From positions 10,994 through 74,993 of the forward strand of contig CAZDSH010000002.1 in assembly GCA_964508195.1 (NCBI GenBank): a stretch of DNA of 64,000 bases, in the 5' to 3' direction. The translations under genes were made by a program, and so were the position numbers. Below are positions 30,050 to 41,383 of the stretch, piece by piece. The notes beneath the pieces were generated by a model. It did not search any database. It was given only the letters and a program-made list of their open reading frames with translations, and was not told the origin of the DNA. The stretch comes from an uncultured Clostridiaceae bacterium. GTDB taxonomy: Bacteria > Bacillota > Clostridia > Ch29. The number at the start of each line of letters is the position of its first letter. Positions within the stretch are counted from its first letter, which is position 1.

Positions 30050-30304
30050 CTAAAAAAGCGAGCTATAAACTCCCCTTTGCAGTATTTTTTCTATATCGTC
30101 AATATCCTTGCCCTTACCGTCCATCATAAGTACTGCACCTTTTTGAATAGGGCTTAGGTTTTGAAAATCCCTTATGCCATCGTAATATATACAGGCATCT
30201 ACACCAACGTCGTTATCATATAAGCCCACTACGTTGTATCCCCTTTCTCTAAGATCCTTAATAAGCTTTTGAAACCTATCGTCTACTGCAACGGTTTTCG
30301 CCAT
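30050..30304 (-). CDS. YkuS/UPF0180 family small protein
   Basis: MAKTVAVDDRFQKLIKDLRERGYNVVGL...; start ATG 30304 with GGAGGTG RBS. Confidence 0.6.
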   Translation of the reverse strand: MAKTVAVDDRFQKLIKDLRERGYNVVGLYDNDVGVDACIYYDGIRDFQNLSPIQKGAVLMMDGKGKDIDDIEKILQRGVYSSLF

Positions 30305-30351
30305 AACGACACCTCCGGGAATATTTTTCTCCCGTGGCATCGTTTTTATTC

Positions 30352-31221
30352 TTAAGGTGTAATCACAGTAAGCCCCTTAGGATGTAACACCATATTCGCA
30401 GGACATGGGCCAAGTATCTCGCCATCGGAATTTATATAGCCCCCTGGGCAGTCTATACGTATTTCCCTCGCCCTAAAGTATTCAACCTCTTTTCGTAGGA
30501 GATGTCTACCTGAATATATAAGGGGAAACAATCTCAATATCCGTAACCTCGATATGCCCTCAACTAGGCATACGTCAAAAAGCCCATCATCTAATATTGC
30601 ATCGGGGGCCACCTTCATGCCACCGCCATAGAATATGCCATTAGCAACGGCTATAAGAACCGCCCGCTTTTTCATGATTCCATGTCCCGTATCCAGTTCC
30701 ATGTCGTAGGGCTTATACGTGGCTAATGCCTTAAAAACCCCAATAACATAGGCCAAAGGGCCCTTTATCCTATGTTTAATACCATTAGTTTCCATAACCA
30801 CCCGGGCGTCGAATCCAACGCTGGCAACATTAACAAACCGTTCACCGTTTACCGTCCCGATATCTATGGATTTTCTTTTGCCTTGTAGTATACAATGCAT
30901 CGCTTCCGCTAAATCTAAGGGCATCCCTAAAGTCCTGGCAAAATCATTGCCTGAGCCGGCGGGTATCACGCCCACAGTTATATCCTTATCCCCTACGCCG
31001 TTTACTACTTCATTAACGGTTCCGTCTCCGCCTACGGCAATTACTGTATTACAACCTTCGCTAATCGCTTCTATAGCCTTTGATATACCATCACCGGGTT
31101 TATTGGTAACATACACCGTAGCCCTGTGTCCTTGTTCCTTCGAGGTTTCCTCTATAAAGGGTATCCACTGAACGGCCCTCCTTCGGCCTGCAACGGGATT
31201 TATAACATATCCGATTTTCAT
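30352..31221 (-). CDS. diacylglycerol kinase-family lipid kinase (YegS/DagK-like)
   Basis: MKIGYVINPVAG...GGDGTVNEVVNG motif; longer in-frame extension to 31326 lacks RBS. Confidence 0.8.
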   Translation of the reverse strand: MKIGYVINPVAGRRRAVQWIPFIEETSKEQGHRATVYVTNKPGDGISKAIEAISEGCNTVIAVGGDGTVNEVVNGVGDKDITVGVIPAGSGNDFARTLGMPLDLAEAMHCILQGKRKSIDIGTVNGERFVNVASVGFDARVVMETNGIKHRIKGPLAYVIGVFKALATYKPYDMELDTGHGIMKKRAVLIAVANGIFYGGGMKVAPDAILDDGLFDVCLVEGISRLRILRLFPLIYSGRHLLRKEVEYFRAREIRIDCPGGYINSDGEILGPCPANMVLHPKGLTVITP

Positions 31222-31503
31222 TAGGAGGCTCCCCCTTCTTCCCTTTGCCGTTGATTTTTCAATACCTTCTTTAACATATTCTACGTTAACGGACATTTTC
31301 CTTCCCGCCCACAACGTCATAGCCATTAAAATTTATATTAGAATACACATAGTAAAGGGTTACGAATCCCTTCTCAAAATACGGTCCCGCTTTATATATA
31401 CTTTATCCTATTATTATGCTAGACTATATATAAAGTGCTTATGGGGCTACATTTAAATACTGATCAAAAACTTCTACATAATAGCGTATAAGGGGGATAC
31501 ATT

Positions 31504-32580
31504 ATGCAGCAATATCAAAGGTATACTGTATACTTTTTTAAATCGTTGTTCGCCGTTGCAATAGGCCTATTTTTATATGTATTCGTCAAGGGGCTATTTA
31601 GCTATGTATTGCCCTTTATAATAGCCTGGGCAATAGCGCTTTTAATAAACCCGGCGGTAAATTTCGTCCAAAACAGAACCAAGTTGCCCCGGGCCCTAAT
31701 ATCTGTAGTTTTTATACTTACTTTTTATGCCCTTTTAACATTTCTTCTTATCCTAGGTGCCACACGATTAATCGTAGAGCTGAGCAACATCCTCGATCAT
31801 TTACCCCGGTACGCTGTAACGCTAAAAGCTGCAACAGAGGCTATGGTCTCCCGGGGCCAGAACATTTATATCAATTTACCCCCGGAGACTACGGATCTCG
31901 TAAGGTCCAGCATTATGAACCTTATCAATTCGCTGACCTCAACAATAAGCACGGCTATTGCCAAATCAATGAGCCTTTTAACCTTTCTTCCTAGGACGGT
32001 TATATTCATAATAATTACAATAATCTCATCCTATATGATGAGTAAAGACCTATACGAAATACGTAGTTTCTTCGCTTCACAGATCTCCGAAACCCTTTTA
32101 GCCAGAATAAAAAGCGTTTGTATCGATCTTGTAAAGGCTTTGGAAGGGTTCATCCGTACACAGCTTACCATCATGAGCATAACATTTTTAATCGCCATAG
32201 TAAGCCTTTATCTAATGAATATCCCCTATGCTTTAACAATGGCGATAATAATCGGTATAGTAGATGCCCTACCGATAATTGGCCCCGGTTCTGTACTTAT
32301 ACCCTGGGCCGCGATAAATCTATTTACGAACAACTATCCTTTGGCCATTGCATTGCTCATACTCTACGGCGTCATAGTTATAACAAGGCAGGTAATAGAG
32401 CCTAAAATTATGGGCAAAAATATAGGGCTCCATCCCCTGGCAATATTGATGTCCATATACTTGGGTATGCGGATATTCGGAATGATAGGAATTTTTATAG
32501 GTCCGTTGACCCTTATAATAGTAAAGGCATTACAAAAAACGATGGTGCTACCAAAGTGGAAGGAAAGGAAATCACCGTAG
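31504..32580 (+). CDS. AI-2E family transporter / sporulation integral membrane protein YtvI-like
   Basis: 358 aa, ~8 TM helices, conserved C-terminal AI-2E (PerM) core. Confidence 0.7.
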   Translation: MQQYQRYTVYFFKSLFAVAIGLFLYVFVKGLFSYVLPFIIAWAIALLINPAVNFVQNRTKLPRALISVVFILTFYALLTFLLILGATRLIVELSNILDHLPRYAVTLKAATEAMVSRGQNIYINLPPETTDLVRSSIMNLINSLTSTISTAIAKSMSLLTFLPRTVIFIIITIISSYMMSKDLYEIRSFFASQISETLLARIKSVCIDLVKALEGFIRTQLTIMSITFLIAIVSLYLMNIPYALTMAIIIGIVDALPIIGPGSVLIPWAAINLFTNNYPLAIALLILYGVIVITRQVIEPKIMGKNIGLHPLAILMSIYLGMRIFGMIGIFIGPLTLIIVKALQKTMVLPKWKERKSP

Positions 32581-33717
32581 CTCCGACGTTATCTCCTCCA
32601 TCGCCTTAATCGCTGTTTCTATATCCGACGGCGTATTAAATACCCCAAGGCTAAATCTAAGGGTACCCCTTTTAAGGGTTCCTATAGTTCTATGGGCGAG
32701 GGGTGCACAGTGTAATCCGGGTCGTGTTGCTATATCGTAAGCTTTATCCAGTATATAGCTTATTTCTCCGGCATCTTTATCCAAAACATTTATTGATACT
32801 ACCCCTGTTTGAAGCCTGGGCTTTCCAGGTCCATAAACGCGTATGCCTTTGATCTTCCTGAAACCTTCTAATAACATTTCAGTTAACTGTTCTTCATCGT
32901 TCATTATATCCTTCGTGCCCTTATCCAGTATATATCTAATCCCCGCCCCAAGACCTACTATGCCAACGGTGTTAGGCGTACCACTTTCGTATCTGTCCGG
33001 CAGCATAGTCGGTTGTGACAAGTCCTCGGATCTGCTCCCGGTGCCACCCTCTTTCATCGGTACAATATCTAATCCATCGCTTATGTATAGTCCCCCTGTA
33101 CCCTGGGGGCCCAAGAGCCCTTTGTGCCCGGGGAAGGCGAGCATATCAATATGATCTTCCTTTACATCAATGCTATATACCCCTGCGGTCTGGGCAGCGT
33201 CCACCATAAAGGGTATACCTTTTTTGTTTGCAAGCCGGCCTATGTCCCTTATAGGCATAAGTGTTCCAGTTACGTTAGATGCGTGGGTTATAACGATAAG
33301 GGCTGTATTCTTCTTAATGGCCTTGTCCACCTGTTCCGGATCCAACATCCCTTTGTCGTCGCATTGGACAAAGGTAGTATCCACGCCCTTTGCCCTTAAG
33401 ACCGTTAAAGGCCTCGCCACGGAATTATGTTCCATAGAGCTGGTGACGACGTGGTCCCCTTCTTTAAGCAGCCCCTTTATACCGAGGTTAAGGGCCTCGG
33501 TAGCATTAGATGTGAACACGATTCCCATAGGATTATCAATATTGAAGAGCTTACTTAACGCCTCCCTAGTCCTATATATCGCCCTTCCTGCTTCCAGGGC
33601 AAGCCTGTGCCCCGATCTACCGGGGTTCGCCCCGTATTGCCTCATACATTCGTCCATTTGCCTGTAAACGTCTTCGGGTTTTGGGAAGCTGGTAGCTGCA
33701 TTATCGAGATATATCAT
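32572..33717 (-). CDS. class V aminotransferase / cysteine desulfurase family protein
   Basis: 381 aa; PLP-fold, FPGHKGLLGPQGTGGLY lysine-containing motif. Confidence 0.8.
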   Translation of the reverse strand: MIYLDNAATSFPKPEDVYRQMDECMRQYGANPGRSGHRLALEAGRAIYRTREALSKLFNIDNPMGIVFTSNATEALNLGIKGLLKEGDHVVTSSMEHNSVARPLTVLRAKGVDTTFVQCDDKGMLDPEQVDKAIKKNTALIVITHASNVTGTLMPIRDIGRLANKKGIPFMVDAAQTAGVYSIDVKEDHIDMLAFPGHKGLLGPQGTGGLYISDGLDIVPMKEGGTGSRSEDLSQPTMLPDRYESGTPNTVGIVGLGAGIRYILDKGTKDIMNDEEQLTEMLLEGFRKIKGIRVYGPGKPRLQTGVVSINVLDKDAGEISYILDKAYDIATRPGLHCAPLAHRTIGTLKRGTLRFSLGVFNTPSDIETAIKAMEEITSELR

Positions 33718-33798
33718 TTCTGTATCCCCTCCTGGTCCTTTACCGCAAAAGTGTTCCTCCCTTTGTATATATCCTAGTATGCCTATTTATTCATAGGA

Positions 33799-33814
33799 TG
33801 TTTCACGTGAAACA
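33799..33814. promoter_or_regulatory. parS centromere-like site (perfect TGTTTCACGTGAAACA)
   Basis: 16-bp perfect palindrome matching Firmicutes parS consensus, overlapping 3' end of spo0J. Confidence 0.9.
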
Positions 33815-34654
33815 TTTCGTTTTCAATAGCCCTATAAGCCTTTCTAAATCCTCGGCACCATAGTATTCAATCTCTATCCTACCCTTTTTCCGCCCCTGTA
33901 TTATCCTGACCTTTGTGCCCAATAACTCTTCGATCTTCTCTTCCATTTCCATCACCCAGGGGGCCTTTTCTTTAGGCCCTTTGTTTTTGGCCCTAGGTTT
34001 TTTTGATATAGAGCCGATTAGCTTTTCCGTTTCCCGGACGCTTAAATCCCCTTTCAATATCGCTTCGGCCACCTTTTTTTGCTCCTCTTTGCCCAAGGGT
34101 ATTAGAGCCCTGGCATGACCCGCCGTTAAAGTTTCGTTCCTTACCATTTCCTTTATATCATCAGTTAAACTTAGAAGCCTTAAGGTGTTCGCTATTGCCG
34201 GCCTACTTTTTCCAATAGCCGCCGAGATCTGCTCCTGGGTTAATTCAAACTGTTTCATCAACGTGTCATAGGCCTTCGCCTCCTCGATAGGGTTTAAATC
34301 CTCCCTCTGTAAATTTTCGACTAAGGCGATCTCCATGACCTGTCGTTCGTCTAATTCCATTACCACTACGGGCACGGTTTTAAGGCCCGCCATCCTTGCG
34401 GCTCGCCATCTCCTCTCCCCTGCGGCTATTTCGAAGCCTTCTTTAGTTTCCCTCACCGCTATAGGCTGTACGACGCCGTGCTTTGCAACAGACTCTGCAA
34501 GGGCCTCCATCTTTTCTGTATCAAAATTCTGCCTCGGTTGATTCCTATTAGGCGTTATATCATTAACTGATATTTCCCTCGTCCCTTGGCCTTCTAAGGA
34601 GGGCAATTCAGGGATTAGTGCACTAAGCCCCTTTCCTAACCTTTGCTTTGTCAT
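33803..34654 (-). CDS. spo0J: chromosome partitioning protein ParB/Spo0J
   Basis: 283 aa; ParB box GERRWRAARMAGLKTVPVVV, HTH, follows soj. Confidence 0.93.
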   Translation of the reverse strand: MTKQRLGKGLSALIPELPSLEGQGTREISVNDITPNRNQPRQNFDTEKMEALAESVAKHGVVQPIAVRETKEGFEIAAGERRWRAARMAGLKTVPVVVMELDERQVMEIALVENLQREDLNPIEEAKAYDTLMKQFELTQEQISAAIGKSRPAIANTLRLLSLTDDIKEMVRNETLTAGHARALIPLGKEEQKKVAEAILKGDLSVRETEKLIGSISKKPRAKNKGPKEKAPWVMEMEEKIEELLGTKVRIIQGRKKGRIEIEYYGAEDLERLIGLLKTKCFT

Positions 34655-35430
34655 TTATCCCATTCCTTTCTATCATATTCTATAAACTCCTCCGCTAACT
34701 CCGCATAGGCCTCGGCACCCTTTGATTTCGGGTCGTATACCATTATGGGTACACCGTAGCTTGGGGCCTCGGCTAATCTGATATTCCTCGGTATAATCGT
34801 GGTGTACACTTTACCCTTAAAGTGTTTTTTTACTTCGTCCACAACCTGAATGGACAAATTCGTTCGCCCGTCGAACATGCTAAGCACAACGCCCTCTATC
34901 TCCAGTTCGGGGTTCAGACCCCGCTGGACGAGCCATATCGTATTCATCAGTTGACTAACGCCCTCTAGGGCGTAGTATTCGCATTGAATAGGTATCAAAA
35001 CGCTATCCGCCGCTCCTAGGGCGTTTATAGTTAAAAGGCCCAGGGAGGGAGGACAATCGACGAATACATAATCATAATTGTCCCTTACATCGGCGAGGGT
35101 TTTCCTTAACATGCTCTCCCTTCCCTCGAGACCCGTTAGCTCTATTTCCGCCCCTGCGAGGTTCGTACTTGAAGGTATTAAATGAAGGCCCTTTATTGCA
35201 GTTTCTATGATGACCTGTTCCGCCTTGACATTGTTTATCAACACTTCATAAATAGTATGGTTAAGGCTTTTTTTGTCCACACCCAGCCCGCTGGTGGTAT
35301 TCCCCTGGGGATCTATATCAACTACCAACACTTTTTTGCCCTTTTGCGCTATATAGGAACTTAAGTTAACATTAGTTGTCGTCTTCCCTACTCCGCCTTT
35401 TTGGTTAAATACTGCTATAACCTTGGACAC
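34651..35430 (-). CDS. soj: chromosome partitioning ATPase ParA/Soj
   Basis: 259 aa; deviant Walker A KGGVGKTTT. Confidence 0.95.
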   Translation of the reverse strand: MSKVIAVFNQKGGVGKTTTNVNLSSYIAQKGKKVLVVDIDPQGNTTSGLGVDKKSLNHTIYEVLINNVKAEQVIIETAIKGLHLIPSSTNLAGAEIELTGLEGRESMLRKTLADVRDNYDYVFVDCPPSLGLLTINALGAADSVLIPIQCEYYALEGVSQLMNTIWLVQRGLNPELEIEGVVLSMFDGRTNLSIQVVDEVKKHFKGKVYTTIIPRNIRLAEAPSYGVPIMVYDPKSKGAEAYAELAEEFIEYDRKEWDK

Positions 35431-35498
35431 CTGATCACCTCTTATAATTTTCTTTTACTATCTTTAAGTTCTTTATAATAGCATGAGTTCCTCCTTTA

Positions 35499-35532
35499 AA
35501 AATAAAAAACTGCCTCCCTGGGCAGTCTTTTT
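35499..35532. terminator. bidirectional intrinsic terminator between noc and soj
   Basis: A-run, stem ACTGCC/GGCAGT, T-run. Confidence 0.5.
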
Positions 35533-35567
35533 GAAAATATAACGGATAACTCGTTTGTTTTAACTTA

Positions 35568-36404
35568 TTACAATGACGCAGCGGTTTTGCATTTAGGTAT
35601 CTTCACCGTTACTTCGATATAATCCCCTGCATCTGTTTCACTAAACTCAGCCTGTATTCCCGATTGTACTATGGCTCTATAGGCATTTTTAATCGTGTTG
35701 ACGTATATCTTATAGTTAATAGCTCCACGTATATTTTTACTTACTTCCCTTTTAACGTCGTCACCGCTATCGGCAATGAGTTTATCCAAAATTCTCTCCA
35801 CTAGTTCTTCGGTCTCCTTTACCCGGAGATTCTTTTCAGCGATCCTTCCTAACAGAGTCATTTGGATATCCTTTTCCGGTATCTTTAAAAGTGCCCGGGC
35901 ATGCCTTTCTGTGAGATCGTTTTGTACGATATATTCCTTCACTTCCCTGGGGAGCCGTAAAAGTCTTATCTTGTTCGCTATAGTAGATTGATTCTTGCCC
36001 ACTTTTTTAGCTAACTGTTCCTGGGTGAAACCATAATCATTCATAAGGGAGGCGTACCCTTCGGCCTCTTCAAAAAAGTTTAAATCCTCCCTCTGTATGT
36101 TTTCTATAAGGGCGATAATAGCGGAATCCTCATCTAATATCTCCATAACTATCGCTGGGATAGTAGTCTGACCGGCTAGTTTAGCCGCCTTTACCCTCCT
36201 TTCCCCCGCAATCAGTTCGTAAAAGTCCTTATTCGTCTTTTTAACGGTTATAGGCTGCAGCACCCCGTATTCCTTAATAGACAATGCCAGTTCTTCTATA
36301 GTTATTTTATTGAACTTTTTCCTCGGTTGATAGGGGTTTGGTCTAACCTTTTCTATTTCTACCTGCTCTATTACCGATGCAGTTCTGTATGCCATATCAG
36401 CCAT
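35568..36404 (-). CDS. noc: nucleoid occlusion protein Noc (ParB paralog)
   Basis: 278 aa; ParB box GERRVKAAKLAGQTTIPAIV; position between rsmG and soj. Confidence 0.85.
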   Translation of the reverse strand: MADMAYRTASVIEQVEIEKVRPNPYQPRKKFNKITIEELALSIKEYGVLQPITVKKTNKDFYELIAGERRVKAAKLAGQTTIPAIVMEILDEDSAIIALIENIQREDLNFFEEAEGYASLMNDYGFTQEQLAKKVGKNQSTIANKIRLLRLPREVKEYIVQNDLTERHARALLKIPEKDIQMTLLGRIAEKNLRVKETEELVERILDKLIADSGDDVKREVSKNIRGAINYKIYVNTIKNAYRAIVQSGIQAEFSETDAGDYIEVTVKIPKCKTAASL

Positions 36405-36507
36405 CCTCCCTCCGTAATTAGACTTGTTTTAGTCTGCTACCGGCTATTCACCTTTGCACAGTATCTCAATCCTTAGTATAAATCTTATTTAAAATCCCAT
36501 TTTAATC

Positions 36508-36545
36508 GAAATATATATAATAACTATAGTTATTATATATATTTC
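36508..36545. repeat. 38-bp perfect AT-rich palindrome in rsmG-noc intergenic region
   Basis: GAAATATATATAATAACTA|TAGTTATTATATATATTTC, exact inverted repeat. Confidence 0.9.
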
Positions 36546-36610
36546 TTTATTCTCGCCCTTGTTCCTCCTATTTTATATAAAAATCGTTCTACACTTGTTG
36601 CTACACTTCT

Positions 36611-37333
36611 TCAGATTAAAGGTTTTTTCGTCGGCCTTCCGGCTTTTCTCGGATATTCCGCCTCTGTTGGCCTTACCTTTTCTATAATTATTATATGGCG
36701 GTTTATATCAGTAAAGGGCAAACAAAAATGTTGCACCTGGGTTATACGCCCTCCTAACAGCTCAATCCCTTTGTCCGCCATCCTAAGCTCTTCTTTATAA
36801 TTAGCCCCTTTCATAGCAAGGAAGAACCCCCCGACCTTTACGAAGGGTAGACAGTATTCCGCTATGACGGGGAGCTGTGATACCGCTCTGGCGAAACATA
36901 GTTCGTAGCTCTCCCTATGGAGCGCATCCCTTGCTAACTCCTCGGCCCTGGCATGTATAGGTATCGTATTGCTTAAATTTAGTCGGGCAATTGCATGCTC
37001 CAGAAATGTTACCCTTTTTTTTAGAGAATCCAGTAGCGTGGCCCTAAGCCCAGTATACAGTATTTTTAACGGTATTCCGGGGAATCCCGCCCCGGTTCCT
37101 ACATCTATGATCCTTAGATCATCACGTATATATCCCGTTGCAACACATGTAAAGGCATCAAGAAAATGTTTTATGATAACGTCCCTAACCTCGGTAATCG
37201 CAGTCAGATTCATCCTTTTGTTCCATTCACTTAGTATCTCCATATATTTAAACAGGCACAGTATTTGTTCATCGGTTATCCCCACGCCTAGCTCTTCTGC
37301 ACCCCTCCTTAGGAGTTCTTCCTGCCCCTTCAT
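36611..37333 (-). CDS. rsmG: 16S rRNA (guanine527-N7)-methyltransferase RsmG (GidB)
   Basis: 240 aa; SAM-binding [15 protein letters not shown]. Confidence 0.93.
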   Translation of the reverse strand: MKGQEELLRRGAEELGVGITDEQILCLFKYMEILSEWNKRMNLTAITEVRDVIIKHFLDAFTCVATGYIRDDLRIIDVGTGAGFPGIPLKILYTGLRATLLDSLKKRVTFLEHAIARLNLSNTIPIHARAEELARDALHRESYELCFARAVSQLPVIAEYCLPFVKVGGFFLAMKGANYKEELRMADKGIELLGGRITQVQHFCLPFTDINRHIIIIEKVRPTEAEYPRKAGRPTKKPLI

Positions 37334-39219
37334 CGGTTCCCTTCCCTTCTTTTTTGTTCAAGATATATCATAAGCACCGAAATATCCGCCGGCGATACGC
37401 CGGTTATCCTGGATGCCTGTCCGAGGGAAAGGGGCCTTATTTCTTCAAGCCTTTCCTTCGCTTCACGTCTAAGTCCCTTTATGTCCATATAACGTGTGTT
37501 AGGGTCTAATCTCTTGCCCTCCATTTTTTTGAACTGCTCTACCTGTAAAAGTTGTTTCTTTATGTAGCCTTCATATTTAATCTCCGTTTCTACCTGTTTG
37601 CCGATAGCCCTCGGCAGGTCTGGCCTTTCTTTATCCAAAACCCCGAGGCTTTCGTAGTCCAGTTCAGGCCGCTTCAAAAGTTCGTATAAAGTCGTTCCCG
37701 TTTTAATTAACGCGCTTTCATTTTTAAGCAAAAAATCATTCGTCTCCGCTGTAGGCGATACTACAACATTTTTAAGCCTTTTTATTTCGTTTTGTAATCT
37801 TTTTTGCTTATATAAATATTTCTCATATCTTTCTTCCGTAACCAAGCCTATATCATAACCCTTTTCAGTTAACCGCCTATCAGCGTTATCCTGGCGCAAT
37901 ATAAGCCTATACTCCGCCCTGGAGGTCATTATACGGTAGGGCTCTTGGATACCCTTTGTAACCAAATCATCTATTAACACGCCGATATATGCCTCGGATC
38001 TGTCCAGGATCATAGGTTTTTGTTTTCTTATGCTCCTAACCGCGTTTATTCCCGCTATTATACCCTGGGCCGCAGCTTCTTCATATCCGGAGCTGCCATT
38101 TATCTGGCCGGCGCAAAACAGACGGGCTATTTTTTTACACTCGAGGGAAAGGCTTAACTGGGCGGGGTCAATACAATCGTATTCGATGGCATAGGCGGAA
38201 CGCATTATCTTTACATTCTCCAACCCCTTAATAGATCGATAAAGTTTCACCTGGACGTCCTCGGGCAAGCTCGTAGACAGACCCTGGACGTACATTTCCC
38301 GGGTTTTCCTACCCTCGGGTTCTATGAAAAACTGGTGGGCTTTTTTATCGGGGAACATTACAATTTTATCTTCAATAGAAGGACAATACCTTATGCCTAT
38401 TCCGGTAATATTTCCTCCGAATAGGGCAGATTTTTTAATGTTGTCAGTAACCAGCCTATGGGTATTTTCATTAGTATAGCCTAACCAACAGGAAACCTGT
38501 TCCCTTTCGAGGCATTCGAACTCATTCTGAAAGGAAAAGGGCACTATATCCTGATCCCCTTTTTGTTCATTAAAGGCCGAATAATCAATGGATTCGCCGT
38601 GGACTCTCGCCGGAGTCCCAGTTTTAAAGCGCATGAGCTTAAGGCCGGACCTCTCTAGGCTACCGGATAATTCATTCGCAGCGAACAATCCATAGGGTCC
38701 GCCTTCGTAATTTATTTCGCCGATATGGATTTTCCCCCTTAGGTATACCCCCGTAGTAAGTATAACGGCCTTTGCCCCGTAAACTGCCCCGTTTTTAGTT
38801 TTTATACCCTTACATTGTCCCCCTTCTACTATAATATCAGTTACCTCGTCCTGCTTAATGTCTAAATTAGGTTGCTCCTCTAACGCCCTTTTCATTTCTG
38901 CCTGATAATCCATCTTATCCGCCTGAGCCCTTAGAGAATGGACCGCGGGGCCTTTACCGGTGTTTAACATCTTAATCTGTATAAAAGTTTTATCTATGGC
39001 AATTCCCATTTCCCCGCCAAGGGCATCTATCTCCCTTACGAGGTGCCCTTTGCCGGTACCTCCTATGGCGGGGTTACAGGCCATGAGCGCTATACTATCG
39101 AGATTAAGGGTAATCACTAATGTTTTGCAGCCTAATTTCGCCGCTGCGAGACAGGCCTCACACCCGGCATGACCCGCACCTACTACTATTACGTCGTAAT
39201 CCCCCGCGTGGTACTCCAT
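37330..39219 (-). CDS. mnmG: tRNA uridine 5-carboxymethylaminomethyl modification enzyme MnmG (GidA)
   Basis: 629 aa; FAD fold [14 protein letters not shown]; overlaps rsmG by 4 nt. Confidence 0.95.
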   Translation of the reverse strand: MEYHAGDYDVIVVGAGHAGCEACLAAAKLGCKTLVITLNLDSIALMACNPAIGGTGKGHLVREIDALGGEMGIAIDKTFIQIKMLNTGKGPAVHSLRAQADKMDYQAEMKRALEEQPNLDIKQDEVTDIIVEGGQCKGIKTKNGAVYGAKAVILTTGVYLRGKIHIGEINYEGGPYGLFAANELSGSLERSGLKLMRFKTGTPARVHGESIDYSAFNEQKGDQDIVPFSFQNEFECLEREQVSCWLGYTNENTHRLVTDNIKKSALFGGNITGIGIRYCPSIEDKIVMFPDKKAHQFFIEPEGRKTREMYVQGLSTSLPEDVQVKLYRSIKGLENVKIMRSAYAIEYDCIDPAQLSLSLECKKIARLFCAGQINGSSGYEEAAAQGIIAGINAVRSIRKQKPMILDRSEAYIGVLIDDLVTKGIQEPYRIMTSRAEYRLILRQDNADRRLTEKGYDIGLVTEERYEKYLYKQKRLQNEIKRLKNVVVSPTAETNDFLLKNESALIKTGTTLYELLKRPELDYESLGVLDKERPDLPRAIGKQVETEIKYEGYIKKQLLQVEQFKKMEGKRLDPNTRYMDIKGLRREAKERLEEIRPLSLGQASRITGVSPADISVLMIYLEQKRREGNR

Positions 39220-39230
39220 ATTGATCCCTC

Positions 39231-40634
39231 CTACTTGCCTATGCAGAAATCCTCGAATATCTTATTCACAATCTCCTCGGTGATATTATCCCCGGTTATT
39301 TCTCCAATGGCCTCCAAAGATGCTTTAATGTCTATTGCAACGAGATCCACAGGAATATTACTTTTGATGGCATCCTCTGCATCACGAAGACTTTTCCGCG
39401 CCCTTTTGAGACAATTTTCGTGCCTAATTCTAGTGAGCATTATCCTATCACCGCTCTTTATGTCACCGGCAAATACTGTATCTATTATAGTGTCTTCAAG
39501 TACGTCTAATCCTTTGTCTTCAATGATAGACATATATATTATCGGCCATTTATTAAATTCTTTAGTAATTTCCTGTAGGTCTAATCTTATTTCTAGATCC
39601 GTTTTGTTTATTAATACAATTACTTTTTTATCCCTAATAACATCTAATATATCCCTGTCATCCCGGGAAAGGGGCTTGGCTGCGTCTAGCATAAATAACA
39701 CTAAATCCGCGTCGGCCATGTGCTTTCTAGCCTTTTCGACGCCTATGCTCTCTACTAAATCGTCGGTTTGCCTTATACCCGCCGTGTCTATAACCCTTAG
39801 GGGGATACCCTTCAGGTTAACGTATTCCTCTATGATGTCCCTCGTTGTACCCGGTACCTCCGTCACTATTGCCCTGTTTTCCCTGAGCAACGCATTGAGC
39901 AAGGAGGATTTACCGACGTTTGGCGTACCTATTATAGCTGTCCTGAGGCCTTCCCGTACTATTCTACCCCCGGCGGACGTCGCAAGGAGTTTTTCTATTT
40001 GATCGCTCCCCTTACGGATATCCTGTAACAGGGTTTCCCTTGTTCTTTCATCGATATCATCTTCGGGAAAGTCAATAGAAGCCTCTATACTAGCCATTGC
40101 CGATAAAAGATTTTGTTTTATACGCTCCAGATGCCGGGATAGCCTTCCTTCTAATTGATTCATCGCAGCTTTTAGGCCCATCTCGGATTTTGAACTTATA
40201 ATATCCATTACTGCCTCGGCCTGGGATAGATCTATCCTACCCTTTAAAAATGCCCTTTTAGTGAATTCCCCGGGCTCAGCTATCCTCGCACCTTCGTCTA
40301 TAACCGTTTCCAATATCTTTTTTGTCGACAGGATCCCGCCATGACAATGAATCTCTATAACGTCCTCCCTCGTATAGGTATAGGGCGCACGCATTGCAAC
40401 GACTAAAACCTCGTCGATAACCTCGCCGCTGTCTGGGACATATATATGGCCATAATTCATCCTTTTATCTGGTAGATCCCTTAAAGGAGTATCCGTTACA
40501 GATCTGAAAATCCTCGTAGCTATGTCAATTGCCTCGGCTCCGCTTATACGTACTATGCCAATACCACTCTCCCCCGGTGCCGTAGCAATTGCGGCTATTG
40601 TGTCTTCACCCCTGGTTACCCCATGGCATATCAC
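39231..40634 (-). CDS. mnmE: tRNA modification GTPase MnmE (TrmE)
   Basis: [23 protein letters not shown]-domain, G-domain [13 protein letters not shown]-terminal CIGK. Confidence 0.93.
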   Translation of the reverse strand: MICHGVTRGEDTIAAIATAPGESGIGIVRISGAEAIDIATRIFRSVTDTPLRDLPDKRMNYGHIYVPDSGEVIDEVLVVAMRAPYTYTREDVIEIHCHGGILSTKKILETVIDEGARIAEPGEFTKRAFLKGRIDLSQAEAVMDIISSKSEMGLKAAMNQLEGRLSRHLERIKQNLLSAMASIEASIDFPEDDIDERTRETLLQDIRKGSDQIEKLLATSAGGRIVREGLRTAIIGTPNVGKSSLLNALLRENRAIVTEVPGTTRDIIEEYVNLKGIPLRVIDTAGIRQTDDLVESIGVEKARKHMADADLVLFMLDAAKPLSRDDRDILDVIRDKKVIVLINKTDLEIRLDLQEITKEFNKWPIIYMSIIEDKGLDVLEDTIIDTVFAGDIKSGDRIMLTRIRHENCLKRARKSLRDAEDAIKSNIPVDLVAIDIKASLEAIGEITGDNITEEIVNKIFEDFCIGK

Positions 40635-40710
40635 TCCTTTAAATGTACCCTTTGGTTATCCCCGGCCCTTAGCCCGGCGGTGCCCTTTACTTCACTATAA
40701 AGCCCTATTT

Positions 40711-40739
40711 AAAAAATTAAGCAGGTGCACGGCACCTGC
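40711..40739 (-). terminator. intrinsic terminator downstream of jag
   Basis: 8-bp stem GCAGGTGC/GCACCTGC, 3-nt loop, followed on minus strand by T-run. Confidence 0.6.
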
Positions 40740-40750
40740 TCACAGTGATG

Positions 40751-41383
40751 TCACTTTAAACTTACTATTACTTTCCTATACGGTTCTTGTCCTTCGCTGT
40801 GAGTTGTCACCCTATCATCATTCTGCAGCGCAGAATGTATTATCCGCCGTTCATAGGGGTTCATAGGCTCTAAAGTTATATCCTTACCTATTTTTACCGC
40901 TTTATAAGCAATATTTTTAGCCAACTGTATCAGCGTCTCTTCCCTTTTTTTTCTATAATTTTCCGTATCTACGATTATTCTGTAATATCGATCAGAATAT
41001 TTCTTGTTTATTGCAAGGCTTGTAATATACTGAATAGCATCTAAAGTTTGTCCCCTTCTACCTATTAAAACGCCCATATTAGGGCCTTTAAACTCCGCCC
41101 GTATAATGCCCTCCGCCTTTGAGCTTATTGTTACTTCCCCCTCCACGTCCATCACCTTTAAAAGCTGCTCTAAAAATGTCTTCGTAACGTCCGCAGGGGT
41201 TTTGCGAAGGGTAACCTTTACCTCCGCGGGCTTATTATAAATAAGGCCGAACAGTCCCTTCTCCGGTTCTTCGATTATATCAATTTTAACGTCGCCTAAT
41301 TCGGCGTCTAACTCGTCTATCGCTAATTGAACCGCTTCCTGAATCGTCTTTCCCTTCTTTATAACGAATCTTTCTGTGGTCAA
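40751..41383 (-). CDS. jag: Jag/KhpB RNA-binding protein (KH + R3H domains)
   Basis: 210 aa; position after yidC; R3H motif near C-terminus (ERRIIHSALQ). Confidence 0.88.
   Translation of the reverse strand: MTTERFVIKKGKTIQEAVQLAIDELDAELGDVKIDIIEEPEKGLFGLIYNKPAEVKVTLRKTPADVTKTFLEQLLKVMDVEGEVTISSKAEGIIRAEFKGPNMGVLIGRRGQTLDAIQYITSLAINKKYSDRYYRIIVDTENYRKKREETLIQLAKNIAYKAVKIGKDITLEPMNPYERRIIHSALQNDDRVTTHSEGQEPYRKVIVSLK

Noticed and set aside
39169-40002. 277-aa plus-strand ORF across the mnmG/mnmE junction
   Set aside because: It is antisense to two highly conserved genes. Its Ser/Leu-rich low-complexity translation is typical of the reverse frame of AT-rich coding DNA.
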